Assembly: GCA_036339465.1 (NCBI GenBank)
Contig: JAYZAY010000026.1
Span: 1 to 64,000, forward strand
From: Myxococcota bacterium
Lineage (GTDB): Bacteria > Myxococcota > XYA12-FULL-58-9 > JABJBS01
Length of the DNA stretch: 64,000 bases
Reading direction: 5' to 3'
A model generated the notes under the pieces. That model was not told the DNA's origin, did no database searches, and worked only from the letters and a program-made list of their open reading frames with translations. Made by a program: the position numbers and the translations under genes. Each line of letters begins with the position of its first letter. Position 1 is the first letter of the stretch. Shown here one piece after another: positions 41,414 to 50,706 of this stretch.

Positions 41414-42993
41414 TTTACCTGTCCTGCATCAGCGTTATCGGTTGAAGCCAATTGGCCACCACATAATTGGGGTTTAACACGGCCATCGAGTGACCTAGCA
41501 TGAGTGACACTCTCTGTGGTTCCCATCGTCATCAAGAAGTCGATGTATTCCTGAACCATCACGCAATCCGAAGCACTGAAGCGCTGTGCCGAACGAACTC
41601 TCTCCCGCAGGTACAAGCCACTCGCAGTTGCCCGCTCTGTAACCCGAAGTGACTGCCGATTTAGGTGAAAAAGCCCCGAAACATATTCCTCCGGCCAACC
41701 CTCAATTAAATCCACATACAACACTTTCATGCGTTTCATGATTAAACGGTATCCCTCCTCGAGTAATCTAAGCACCACACTGCGATGTTTTTTTGAGGCG
41801 CTGAGATGATGAACCATTTTCAATAATAATCGTTCTTTCCCATTCCAATCAAAGGGCGTTATTAGTTTTTTTACCAACAACATGGTATCTGAGTCACCCC
41901 GTTGTCCCTCTCGACAAACGAGTCGCGTAATGGCCTGACCGTAAACCAACAAGGCCTCTTCGTAGATATCGATAAATTGCGATTTTCGGTTCAAAACATA
42001 TTCAGCATCATTCAGTGACTCTTTTAAAAAATCGAGTTCTTCCGAACTACCAGGAGCCACCAATCCCCGAGTTCTCGCCCTTGACACCAAAAGCCTCTCC
42101 TTGAGATGGTCGGCCACCGACTCATTCTTACCCAAAAGTTCAAGTGCCGAAGAATAATACCTAACCGCTTTTTCCAACTCAAAATGATACTCGTCTGAAT
42201 CTGCAGCACCGCTCTCAAGACCACAAATATCATACTTCGCTGTTTCAGAATCAGGTTTCCTACTTGAATCTTCCGTCACCTCATCATTGACCTTAGACAC
42301 ACCAAGGGTTTCTTTACCTTTCAGTCGAGACCGGTATCTAATCACCAACTCGTTGGCACGGTCCCAAAAAACACCCAACCGCAAGTTCCCCTCATCTGCG
42401 TAACTTATTTCGAGTCTCTCCTTGGCACGTCTCACAATACGACCCATTTCTAGAACATTCGCATCATCTCCATCTTCCTGCTTGAATTTGTCGCCGAGCT
42501 TTTTATAGAGCATTATCATCATCGGCGAAGTCATCCATAAAATCCGATCTAGATTGATTCGAATCAGGGACACGAGTTCCTCCACCGTCGGCGAAACTCC
42601 TTCTGGGTCTTCTATGGGGTCCATCACGAGGAGGTCTTCAGCCCCCGTAATCAGGGTATCTGCGCGAACCAGGGCCATTAAAAAAGCTGGTTTATCTGCT
42701 TGAAATCCGGCCTTCACCAATTCCGAGAGAACCACCTGATTACAACAACGTACATTCTCAATATCCTTCGGTAAAAGAGGGGGAGTCTCAAGACAAGAGC
42801 ACCGTTTCAGCTCCTCTGGAGTTTCTTTGTTTGGCTCATCACTCAAAGAGGTTGTAGCAGGTTGCGGCGCTTCTAAGTCCGTAACCTCTTCTTCTTGGAT
42901 TTTCGAATTTTCTAATTCAGAAACCTCAACGGGCTGTGAGGGTGGCAATACCAACACGATCGCGACCATTGATGTAAGCGCATAATTCATCAT
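41410..42993 (-). CDS. Exported/anchored helical (TPR-like) hypothetical protein
   Basis: Start placed at the ATG overlapping the upstream TGA (ATGA); hydrophobic N-terminus; LEKAVRYYSSALEL-type TPR-like helices. Confidence 0.7.
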   Translation of the reverse strand: MMNYALTSMVAIVLVLPPSQPVEVSELENSKIQEEEVTDLEAPQPATTSLSDEPNKETPEELKRCSCLETPPLLPKDIENVRCCNQVVLSELVKAGFQADKPAFLMALVRADTLITGAEDLLVMDPIEDPEGVSPTVEELVSLIRINLDRILWMTSPMMIMLYKKLGDKFKQEDGDDANVLEMGRIVRRAKERLEISYADEGNLRLGVFWDRANELVIRYRSRLKGKETLGVSKVNDEVTEDSSRKPDSETAKYDICGLESGAADSDEYHFELEKAVRYYSSALELLGKNESVADHLKERLLVSRARTRGLVAPGSSEELDFLKESLNDAEYVLNRKSQFIDIYEEALLVYGQAITRLVCREGQRGDSDTMLLVKKLITPFDWNGKERLLLKMVHHLSASKKHRSVVLRLLEEGYRLIMKRMKVLYVDLIEGWPEEYVSGLFHLNRQSLRVTERATASGLYLRERVRSAQRFSASDCVMVQEYIDFLMTMGTTESVTHARSLDGRVKPQLCGGQLASTDNADAGQVK

Positions 42994-45401
42994 TTCTCTA
43001 GATATTCCTCGTAGAGTTCGTCGCAATGTTTGCGCTCCTCATTACACGAATATTCGTCTTGGTCTTTACATTGTAACTCCTCAGTCCATGGTCTACTCGC
43101 CCATGGGATAGAGTTCACCCGAAGAATAGCACTGCGGCTCTGTTCAAAAAGAGAATTGCTCGAGTGTTTTTTCAGAGCTTTAAATACGTCCAACAACACC
43201 GCACAATGAGAACGCATCAATTCCCCAGTCCCACCCACCACCTCGGTAGAAGGCAGATGTTTACCAACATCATAAGCGACCACCCGGCAAGAGTCATCTC
43301 CATCCTCTTTCATCTCCTCGCGACGCGGTCTCCAAATAGGAATTGGTTTCTTCGCTTGTTCCAGAAAAGAGTTCACCGCTGCAGTCAGAAATTTATCGAC
43401 TTGTTCCCCCGCGTATAGACCATCCATTCGTGCGGCCCGGGAAAAAGAGAGGTAGAGTTCCATCCTTTCCAGAAAGTCAAAGGGTATACGAATCAAGTTT
43501 ACCATAGACAAAATTCTCTCTTTATCGCCAGACTCTAGTCTCTTTCGGATCAAGTTGGCATAAAGCAATCCATAGCGAGCTTGCGATCTGGCAATTAGAC
43601 GCTGGACCTCCAATCCCTGCACCCCCGTAGGGTCCTCCACACACTCCCCATCACTGCGGTCTTTCAAAAACTCAGGCTTGGTCTGATTTAGTTCCTTGAT
43701 GATGGAACGCAATTGGCCAAACGCTGTTTCTGCAACCGACTCATATCGTTGCGGATCCCCCGGCGACTTCTCCACCTCAACTGAAACCTCACCATCCACG
43801 TCGGTCTCAAAAACAAATCCAAGCGAGTATTTCACCTCGAACTCAGCTAAATTCAACCGTATTTCGCTTTTTCGGATATTGTTCTTGTCCAGTAAATCTT
43901 GCAACTGCTCTCGTCTCAAACTAGAATCCTCAGGTTCATTACCTTGACTGGAGCGCGGAGACCTATAGTCGGTAACCCCCAACATTTGAATCGCCTTCTC
44001 TAAATGCTTCCGGACACCCTCGTAAGCAATTTCGGTGATTGGCTTGTTTTCGGCGGCCATGAGTTGATTCTCCCAGCGCTCCCGCATGGATAATCCCATT
44101 AAGCGATGCGCGCCTGAAGCAAGATTCGAATCATCATAGAAAGTGGCAACCAGTGCATTTCTGGCCTGCTCGCCTGCGAGGCGACACAATCGAATGCGTT
44201 CGTCCATGGGGGCTTCAGAGTCACACCCCTTCGCCATCATTTGCCGCACTTCTTCCGACACTCCCTGACGCTCTTGGCCCCCAAAGGACTCCCGGGGCTT
44301 TATACCCAGTAGTGCGAGATGATCCGCAACAATTCGAACTAAGGGAATCAACTCATCCAAAGGCTTCACAAATCTAGAATTTCTCTCCGTAGAATATCTC
44401 GCCGCAGTCACAATCATCATCTGCAAGAGCTTTCCGTGCCACACCAAATATCGAAGTGGTTCTTCATACCTCTGAAGGTCTTTCACCGTGGCTTTGACCC
44501 AATTCCGTGATTGAGTTAAGGCACCCCCTTTGCTGAATGCCGCCTCAACATCGCCGCATTTCCGGCGTAAGGCTGCCTGTTGGGTTTGAAACTTAATGAC
44601 TTCACCCTGTAGTTTCCTAGACATCCCCCCCTGCGCTCGCATAACCGCATTCAATTGAGCGCCCCAGGCCATCAATGCTTTTTTTTCGTCCAAACAAACC
44701 TGAACCTTGGGACCCAATTTCTTGGATTCCCGTTCAAAGTCGCGGTAGTCGACCCGAACCCCTTTCCAAGTGTCGCGAACTTGCTTCTTCATTTGCCCTA
44801 AGTAGTGGGTCGGATAGGTTGTGCCCTCTATATTCAGAGGGTCCTTTAGCTTAGCTAAGACAGTTCGACGATTGTCACCAAACTTTCCGGACAGTGCTTC
44901 GAACATGTCCCTGCAGCCCTCTATTTCCAGAGCCCAAGCACGTGAACTGGGCGTTTTTTGCCAACCATAAGCTACTTTTGCTCGCCCCAAGAGATACCGC
45001 GCTTCGCCTCCACGACGGCTCCTAACTGCTCTTTTTAAAAGCGACAAAGACTTCATCAGATCAGCCTGTGCTCCAGTCTTCTCAAAACGCCACAAATAGA
45101 GTTTACCTAAGATATATTCGATATTCCTCTGGGCATCGACCAATTGAAGCTTTCCACATCCCAGACGGTAGGGGTCATACCTCAAGAGTTCGTCGTAAAG
45201 CCGTTGAGCTGGCTCAAAGAATTCATCCAAAGGTGCTCCGGAATTCATATCCAGGTCAAAATCAAGATCCTCTGTGCGTTCAAACACAGCGCATTTTTCT
45301 CCGGCCCAAACTGGTGTATTATCAACAAAAAACACCGCAAGCATCAGTGTCATCACCCAGGCTCTGTGGGAGCTTCGGTCTCTTGGCACTTGCGATCTCA
45401 T
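42990..45401 (-). CDS. Exported TPR-like alpha-helical protein (803 aa)
   Basis: Signal peptide ending VWA-G; YILGKLY...LKRAV and ARYLLGRAK TPR-like repeats; scattered Cys. Confidence 0.75.
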   Translation of the reverse strand: MRSQVPRDRSSHRAWVMTLMLAVFFVDNTPVWAGEKCAVFERTEDLDFDLDMNSGAPLDEFFEPAQRLYDELLRYDPYRLGCGKLQLVDAQRNIEYILGKLYLWRFEKTGAQADLMKSLSLLKRAVRSRRGGEARYLLGRAKVAYGWQKTPSSRAWALEIEGCRDMFEALSGKFGDNRRTVLAKLKDPLNIEGTTYPTHYLGQMKKQVRDTWKGVRVDYRDFERESKKLGPKVQVCLDEKKALMAWGAQLNAVMRAQGGMSRKLQGEVIKFQTQQAALRRKCGDVEAAFSKGGALTQSRNWVKATVKDLQRYEEPLRYLVWHGKLLQMMIVTAARYSTERNSRFVKPLDELIPLVRIVADHLALLGIKPRESFGGQERQGVSEEVRQMMAKGCDSEAPMDERIRLCRLAGEQARNALVATFYDDSNLASGAHRLMGLSMRERWENQLMAAENKPITEIAYEGVRKHLEKAIQMLGVTDYRSPRSSQGNEPEDSSLRREQLQDLLDKNNIRKSEIRLNLAEFEVKYSLGFVFETDVDGEVSVEVEKSPGDPQRYESVAETAFGQLRSIIKELNQTKPEFLKDRSDGECVEDPTGVQGLEVQRLIARSQARYGLLYANLIRKRLESGDKERILSMVNLIRIPFDFLERMELYLSFSRAARMDGLYAGEQVDKFLTAAVNSFLEQAKKPIPIWRPRREEMKEDGDDSCRVVAYDVGKHLPSTEVVGGTGELMRSHCAVLLDVFKALKKHSSNSLFEQSRSAILRVNSIPWASRPWTEELQCKDQDEYSCNEERKHCDELYEEYLEK

Positions 45402-45402
45402 A

Positions 45403-45990
45403 TTAGAACCCCGTTGCCCTAACCCGCGTCTTCACCACTGGCCCTGAGGGAGTCGGGGGAGGTGGCGCAAATTTGGCTTTCCCCTGAACACCAATTGGCT
45501 TTGCCTGGGAGGTAAGTAATCGACTTAGGTCCAACATGGGTGGTTTCTTTTTCTTCTTAAATTCCTCTTCCCCCTCTCCTTGTTCTTCGGTGGTGTCCTC
45601 TGGTTCTTCATCGGGTTCATCGGGTTCATCGGTGTCTGTCATGTCATCTAAGCAAGTGTCGCAAACACAAATTAAAACATCTTCGGTTGAAACCGAGAGC
45701 TGGATACGATTCATTTGGGGTGGGCCGGGAATACCCATAAATAAAAGACAGGCCAAAATAGAAACAGCCATACTGGCGTAGGTCCCATACTTGGTCAAAA
45801 ATGTTTTGATGGGACTTTGGCGTCTCCGGATCCAGCGATAATCAAAGGACTTTGCACGGCGGTCCTTGCCCGAACGACGGTCGGTACCGCTCCGCCGTTC
45901 AGTTTCTACTGCGACCTCTTCTTTGCGCCGCTCTTGTTCACTTCTTCGATCAGTCTCCTCTTTATTCCTCGTTAATTTCTTATCAGTCAT
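45403..45990 (-). CDS. Single-pass membrane protein with (D/E)RRxxx(D/E)RR repeats and acidic/Pro-rich tail (TonB-like architecture)
   Basis: Cytoplasmic DRRSEQERR and ERRSGTDRRSGKDRR; one TM; CVCDTC; D/E/P-rich linker, poly-Lys, poly-Pro. Confidence 0.7.
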   Translation of the reverse strand: MTDKKLTRNKEETDRRSEQERRKEEVAVETERRSGTDRRSGKDRRAKSFDYRWIRRRQSPIKTFLTKYGTYASMAVSILACLLFMGIPGPPQMNRIQLSVSTEDVLICVCDTCLDDMTDTDEPDEPDEEPEDTTEEQGEGEEEFKKKKKPPMLDLSRLLTSQAKPIGVQGKAKFAPPPPTPSGPVVKTRVRATGF

Positions 45991-45992
45991 CG

Positions 45993-47288
45993 TTAGGACT
46001 CCTGAGAAATTTTATGAGTGCGGTAAAGGCAACTGCCACCGAATTTTTCTAGAATATCGGTAGGCAATCGATATTCGGCCATCGCAAATCCAGAAACCAA
46101 TCGATAGGCCCCCACGTATCCTTCAACCAAGGGAACCATCGTAATATCACAATCTGCACCACGTCTTATAAAAGGAACCGCGACCAAGCCGCGCCCCACA
46201 TAGAGCCCAATGTAATCAGCGGTTGTCTTTTCCCTTAAATAGGGATTGTCTCGAATTAAATTGGGTTGCCCTCCAGAACGCATATTACGTTCATCATAAC
46301 GCATTCGAACCACCAAATCGCCAAAACGAAGATCCCGCGAAGAGACGATCCGTCTTAATGCGTTGTTTTCAAGCCAAGTCACCAACTCGTGCATTCGAAT
46401 CGTTGCCTTGGGTCCGAAATCAGCTGCGGCACTGGGATAGAGCTTTCGAAAAAGGTTCGCGGAGTTGTCGTGTTCACTATACTGATACGCCAACAACAAC
46501 CGGGTAGCGCTTTTGTCCAACAACCCAGGCAAACCGTCTCTGTAAATCTTCGGTAAATCAGCCGGAGAAACGTCGTCTGACATTTTCCCGAAAGAACCCT
46601 CCGCCCCACCTTCCAGGGCAATGTCGGCCTTATTTTTTGGCGCTTTTTTCACTTCCACAGAAGCCAGAGGTTCAACGGGAGCAGGTGGAACCTCTTCTAA
46701 TAGCGCAGCAGAGGAAATTGATTCGGAGAGTCGGACCTGAGGAAATTGCGTGACCAAGCTTGCCAGTTGAAGAGATTCAAAATCAACACCACAAGCCTGA
46801 ATTTTCCAGCAACTAACCAAGTCACCGCGAAAGGCCCGATTATTGGAATTTTTGCATATGGGCATGTGTAATGCGTTGGACGTCGATGTCTGCGTCACTT
46901 CGAGAATACACGGTTGCATCGATTGAGTAATTTCAACCAACACAGAATAACTTACCGCCTGACATTCGTGATCCGCTGGCAAAAAGAGATGCTGGTGCTT
47001 GTTTGTTGCATCATTGGAAATCTGTAAATCCCCTGCGAGGCTGAGTACCCGACGAATCTCTACGGTTTGCCCTGCATCACCCTCATCCCCTGGTAATTGG
47101 GCATGGATCTTGGTCGTTTCAAGAGCATCGAGAAATCGACCAAACTCTTCTTTCTGCAAAGCAAAACAAAAAGAAGGTTCAAACCCCCTAAGATTCAACT
47201 CAGAACATCCAGAGGGGAGTGTCAAAAGGAAAAGCAAAGTCATAGACAGGGCCCACGACAGTCCTTGGCCTGTGAATAACGACATCAC
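45993..47288 (-). CDS. Lipoprotein with a degenerate NlpC/P60-like C-terminal domain
   Basis: Lipobox PSG-C; C-terminal DLRFGDLVV...YIGLYVGRG...GYVGAYRL; paralogous to 16675-17952. Confidence 0.7.
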   Translation of the reverse strand: MMSLFTGQGLSWALSMTLLFLLTLPSGCSELNLRGFEPSFCFALQKEEFGRFLDALETTKIHAQLPGDEGDAGQTVEIRRVLSLAGDLQISNDATNKHQHLFLPADHECQAVSYSVLVEITQSMQPCILEVTQTSTSNALHMPICKNSNNRAFRGDLVSCWKIQACGVDFESLQLASLVTQFPQVRLSESISSAALLEEVPPAPVEPLASVEVKKAPKNKADIALEGGAEGSFGKMSDDVSPADLPKIYRDGLPGLLDKSATRLLLAYQYSEHDNSANLFRKLYPSAAADFGPKATIRMHELVTWLENNALRRIVSSRDLRFGDLVVRMRYDERNMRSGGQPNLIRDNPYLREKTTADYIGLYVGRGLVAVPFIRRGADCDITMVPLVEGYVGAYRLVSGFAMAEYRLPTDILEKFGGSCLYRTHKISQES

Positions 47289-47300
47289 GTGCTCACTTCA

Positions 47301-48359
47301 TCAAAATAGATAGTCAAGAATCAAAACTGTTCCCAATCCAATCATACCGAGAATCAGAGACCACGCAAATAACCCCAGATCCAAGAGACGATGCACCATT
47401 CCCAGGCGGTGGTTTTGAATGAACCGGTCGTAATCAAGTCGTATCACCTGAGCCAAAAAGCTATGAATCGTGTCCGATAATATAGGGGCTTGTTCCGAAA
47501 ATTCTAAGCCGTATTTGTAGGCGCGCCCCCCGCTCAATCCCTCCCGTTGGGTAATCACGGATTCGATTCGAAAGGTCTGTGAAATTGACTTCAAACCCAT
47601 GACTAATTTTATCTTTTGCCCAAGTTCAAACACCTCATTGTGGTGAATAGAGATACCTTCTGCGGATAGATTGTACACATAAACGTCGTGAATGGAGCTG
47701 GAATCTTCGATATAACATTGTACGATCTCGTGAATGTTAAAGCCACTTAGACAGGTACCTCTCCGTAATTTCTCGTTTTTGACGCAGCTTTTTGTAACTG
47801 CGAGTTCCGAACGCATCAACGCACTGATGGCTTTGGCCTGCTCGATGGAAATACCCGCAAAGAAAAGCCCCAGTTCCTGGAGTTGCCCTCCTAAGATCGA
47901 TGAAATGGGTCCACCACAGTGGGAGCATGTCGGTGCGTGGCGATCCACGGTTTGTCGTATGAGCTTTCGATACCCGGTATCGGCGAGAACCAAGGTGGTA
48001 CAATCCTCCCCCGTCCAATACCCCGTGGCTGCGCAATCGGAGCACGCCAAAAATTCAAGCTTCGCACCCTCAACCAACGTCCCATCCGTGGTATTTCGGC
48101 GAATTACAAAGGCCGAGAGTCGCAAGGTTTCACGTCCCTCCTGGCAAAGCTCCGCACAAACAACATCCCCCACAGCGTAGGGAATAGAGGAAAAAACTCG
48201 GCAGCCACCCATGGACAAATCGCCTAAAAACTCCTCAAAACCACCGTTCTTATGGCAAAGACGAATGGGCTGGTTCAGTTCTACGCGGTGATAGCGACGA
48301 TGCTCCCCCCCATCGACCCAATCGGGCGCCATCAAAGTCGAACCGTGTCCCCCCATCAT
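47301..48359 (-). CDS. Tandem PilZ-domain protein with Cys4 insertion and C-terminal TM anchor
   Basis: First PilZ has RRYHR and DLSMGG; second has NLSAEG and YGLEF; CSDC...CSHC insertion; hydrophobic C-terminus. Confidence 0.85.
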   Translation of the reverse strand: MMGGHGSTLMAPDWVDGGEHRRYHRVELNQPIRLCHKNGGFEEFLGDLSMGGCRVFSSIPYAVGDVVCAELCQEGRETLRLSAFVIRRNTTDGTLVEGAKLEFLACSDCAATGYWTGEDCTTLVLADTGYRKLIRQTVDRHAPTCSHCGGPISSILGGQLQELGLFFAGISIEQAKAISALMRSELAVTKSCVKNEKLRRGTCLSGFNIHEIVQCYIEDSSSIHDVYVYNLSAEGISIHHNEVFELGQKIKLVMGLKSISQTFRIESVITQREGLSGGRAYKYGLEFSEQAPILSDTIHSFLAQVIRLDYDRFIQNHRLGMVHRLLDLGLFAWSLILGMIGLGTVLILDYLF

Positions 48360-48984
48360 TTAGAATGCCCCGGGAAATCAATCGTCATGACATCGAACCC
48401 ATGATGCAGTGCTCCCATCAAGATGACCAATCTTTTGAGGTCCACCAAAGGTGGCTCTAGGCTCCATAAAGATCCACAAGACAACCAGCGAATCGTCACG
48501 CCCAAACTCTAGCAGGGTTCCCATATGAAAAACAAAAATCCGAGTATCCAGACGCGTTCTATCCACAATCTATGGCAGTCTCGGCGGCTTAGGGCCCAAT
48601 GCTCAACCATCAAAATCCAGATGACCGCCGACCGGTACAAAAGAAACGAAATAGGTTGGCTGGAGGGGGATTAAAATGAGTGGCCTCCAAAGAAGGAAAT
48701 AGCGTCAAATTATCAGACCTCTCCTTTATTTCACCAAGCGGATTTCACTGGCCAGCCCTGCGATGTTGCTGTATCGGGAGATCAAGCCACCAGGTCACCA
48801 ACGTAGGAACCAAGAGCGTGTTTGATTTCAATAAAGTGAATACGAGCCTGATTAACAAGAAATCGGGTTCCATCAAGCGCCGTGGAAATAACCTCGTGCT
48901 GGGCGGCGGCTTCCCACCCAGCCCCAAAAAGAGCAGGACTCCCCCCCCTTCCTCCTATCTCCGATCCTGCGGTACCCCTAGAGC

Positions 48985-49422
48985 ATGACCCACTCTCAAC
49001 CCATATTGTTCAAGCGAGACCCAACCACCAAATCCCGGTTAACCACCACCATGATCATACTCGCGTTGATAAGCCTCTTCTTTATCAATCAGAGTCGCCA
49101 CGATAGTCTGCTACCCCCGCTCTTTGTGGGGATATTACTTCTCTCAACCATGGTGTTCATACGCCTCTCCAAACGAAGTCAACAGCACTATATCCAAATT
49201 CATTCTAATTCCATGCTTGTTTATCGGTCGATCCTTTGGAGTCCCGATATTTATGACATCTCTGATTTTAGAGAAGTTCGACGGCGAAACTCTATCTTCC
49301 ACCAAAAACGACCGCTGGTCATTTCCCTAAAAAACGGCCGAAAAATCCATTTGAGTCACTGGTGGCTCACAGAGGATGACCTGAATCGCCTTAAGAAGGT
49401 CTTAGAACGACGCATTTCTTAG
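48985..49422 (+). CDS. Small membrane protein (2 TM + PH-like soluble domain)
   Basis: Two hydrophobic helices followed by a beta-rich region (LVISLKNGRKIHL). Confidence 0.6.
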   Translation: MTHSQPILFKRDPTTKSRLTTTMIILALISLFFINQSRHDSLLPPLFVGILLLSTMVFIRLSKRSQQHYIQIHSNSMLVYRSILWSPDIYDISDFREVRRRNSIFHQKRPLVISLKNGRKIHLSHWWLTEDDLNRLKKVLERRIS

Positions 49423-49737
49423 GGCCATTCCAGATGACAGCCCCACGCAATTTTCATTAAACAGGCCCCGCTTATTACCCTGTCGAAATATCCGTCACCG
49501 ATTGGTAAAAATTGATAAGCACGACAATGCGTATCTATTTGACAACAATCTCAACATCCCTACTTCCCCACTTTGTTTTTGGGTGATTTCAGTTCACCCC
49601 AATGGTGCCCCCAACAGCGCCCACAAACATTCAGCATCCACCCTAGATTTTCTGGCATTCAAAAATCGATAAAAAAAGAATACGACTAAAAGTATCGTAG
49701 CAACGACAATCATCTTGGCAACAGCAACATCTCTCCA

Positions 49738-50319
49738 TCACCCACCCTTGCGACCAAATTGGCGGCCCGCCCATATACCCGCCAAAAGCCCAAAAAGGTG
49801 CCCTTGCCACGAAACCCCAATACGGGTTGGGAGCACCCCCCAAATAATACCGCCATAGAGAACAATAACCAGCCCAGTCACCAAGAGCCCCGTGAATGAC
49901 TTCTCAACCAACCCAATGGTTAGGAGGTAGCCAAAATATCCGAATATGAGACCGCTGGCACCAATATGAACCGAATGGGTCGCCCCGGTAAGCCACACCC
50001 CCATCCCACCTAAAAACATGATGCTTGCCGTGGCTAAAACAAAATCACGACGACCACGTAAGGCCACCAAAATACCCAAAACAAAAAAGGGCCCGGTGTT
50101 GGCGGCAAGGTGGGCAAAGTTTCCATGCAGCCAAGGAGACCACAAAATACCCCATAGGCCATCCCAGCTTCGAGGCACAATTCCGTAGCGGTCGAGGTGT
50201 CCCATGACCACAAAATCGACCAATTCCAACCCCCACATCACGCCCAACAAAATCGTCACCATGACAATGGGACCTTTCACCGAATCCCGTACTTTCTCCA
50301 CTGCTTGAGCCTCCATCAC
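49738..50319 (-). CDS. Rhomboid family intramembrane serine protease
   Basis: HGNFAHLAAN, catalytic GASG and WQGHLFG motifs. Confidence 0.93.
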   Translation of the reverse strand: MMEAQAVEKVRDSVKGPIVMVTILLGVMWGLELVDFVVMGHLDRYGIVPRSWDGLWGILWSPWLHGNFAHLAANTGPFFVLGILVALRGRRDFVLATASIMFLGGMGVWLTGATHSVHIGASGLIFGYFGYLLTIGLVEKSFTGLLVTGLVIVLYGGIIWGVLPTRIGVSWQGHLFGLLAGIWAGRQFGRKGG

Positions 50320-50706
50320 CGATAACCGACTTCACCTACCTTCATGGGGAAACCAATGACCATCACATCTAGAACCACTGGCACTGCTCTCAATGAAGGA
50401 GCTTATCTGAGAGAGTTTTCATACCAGTTTCATATCCAAGTTTATAGGGTTGTCCTACCGCAACATAAAGACAGTAAATGGGGACCAAGCCCTATTAGGG
50501 TTTACAAAAATCCTCAATAAGGCCACCTTTGGAAACACAGGTCCCATACCCCACAAGTCCATGAACGTATTCATAAGAAACCACGCTCAAAAACTGGAAA
50601 TCGCATATTTATTACGTCATTAATCCTTTGTAGACTGGCATGTCCCCCGGTACAGATCCAGAGATTCATCGTCAGGGAGCACACACTACTGAAACTTGGG
50701 AATATT

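Noticed and set aside
48360..48984. Short ORFs and a GC hairpin (48898-48922) upstream of the PilZ gene, considered as tmRNA, other ncRNA or leader peptide
   Set aside because: No tmRNA, RNase P or SRP signatures; the ORFs lack credible starts or motifs.
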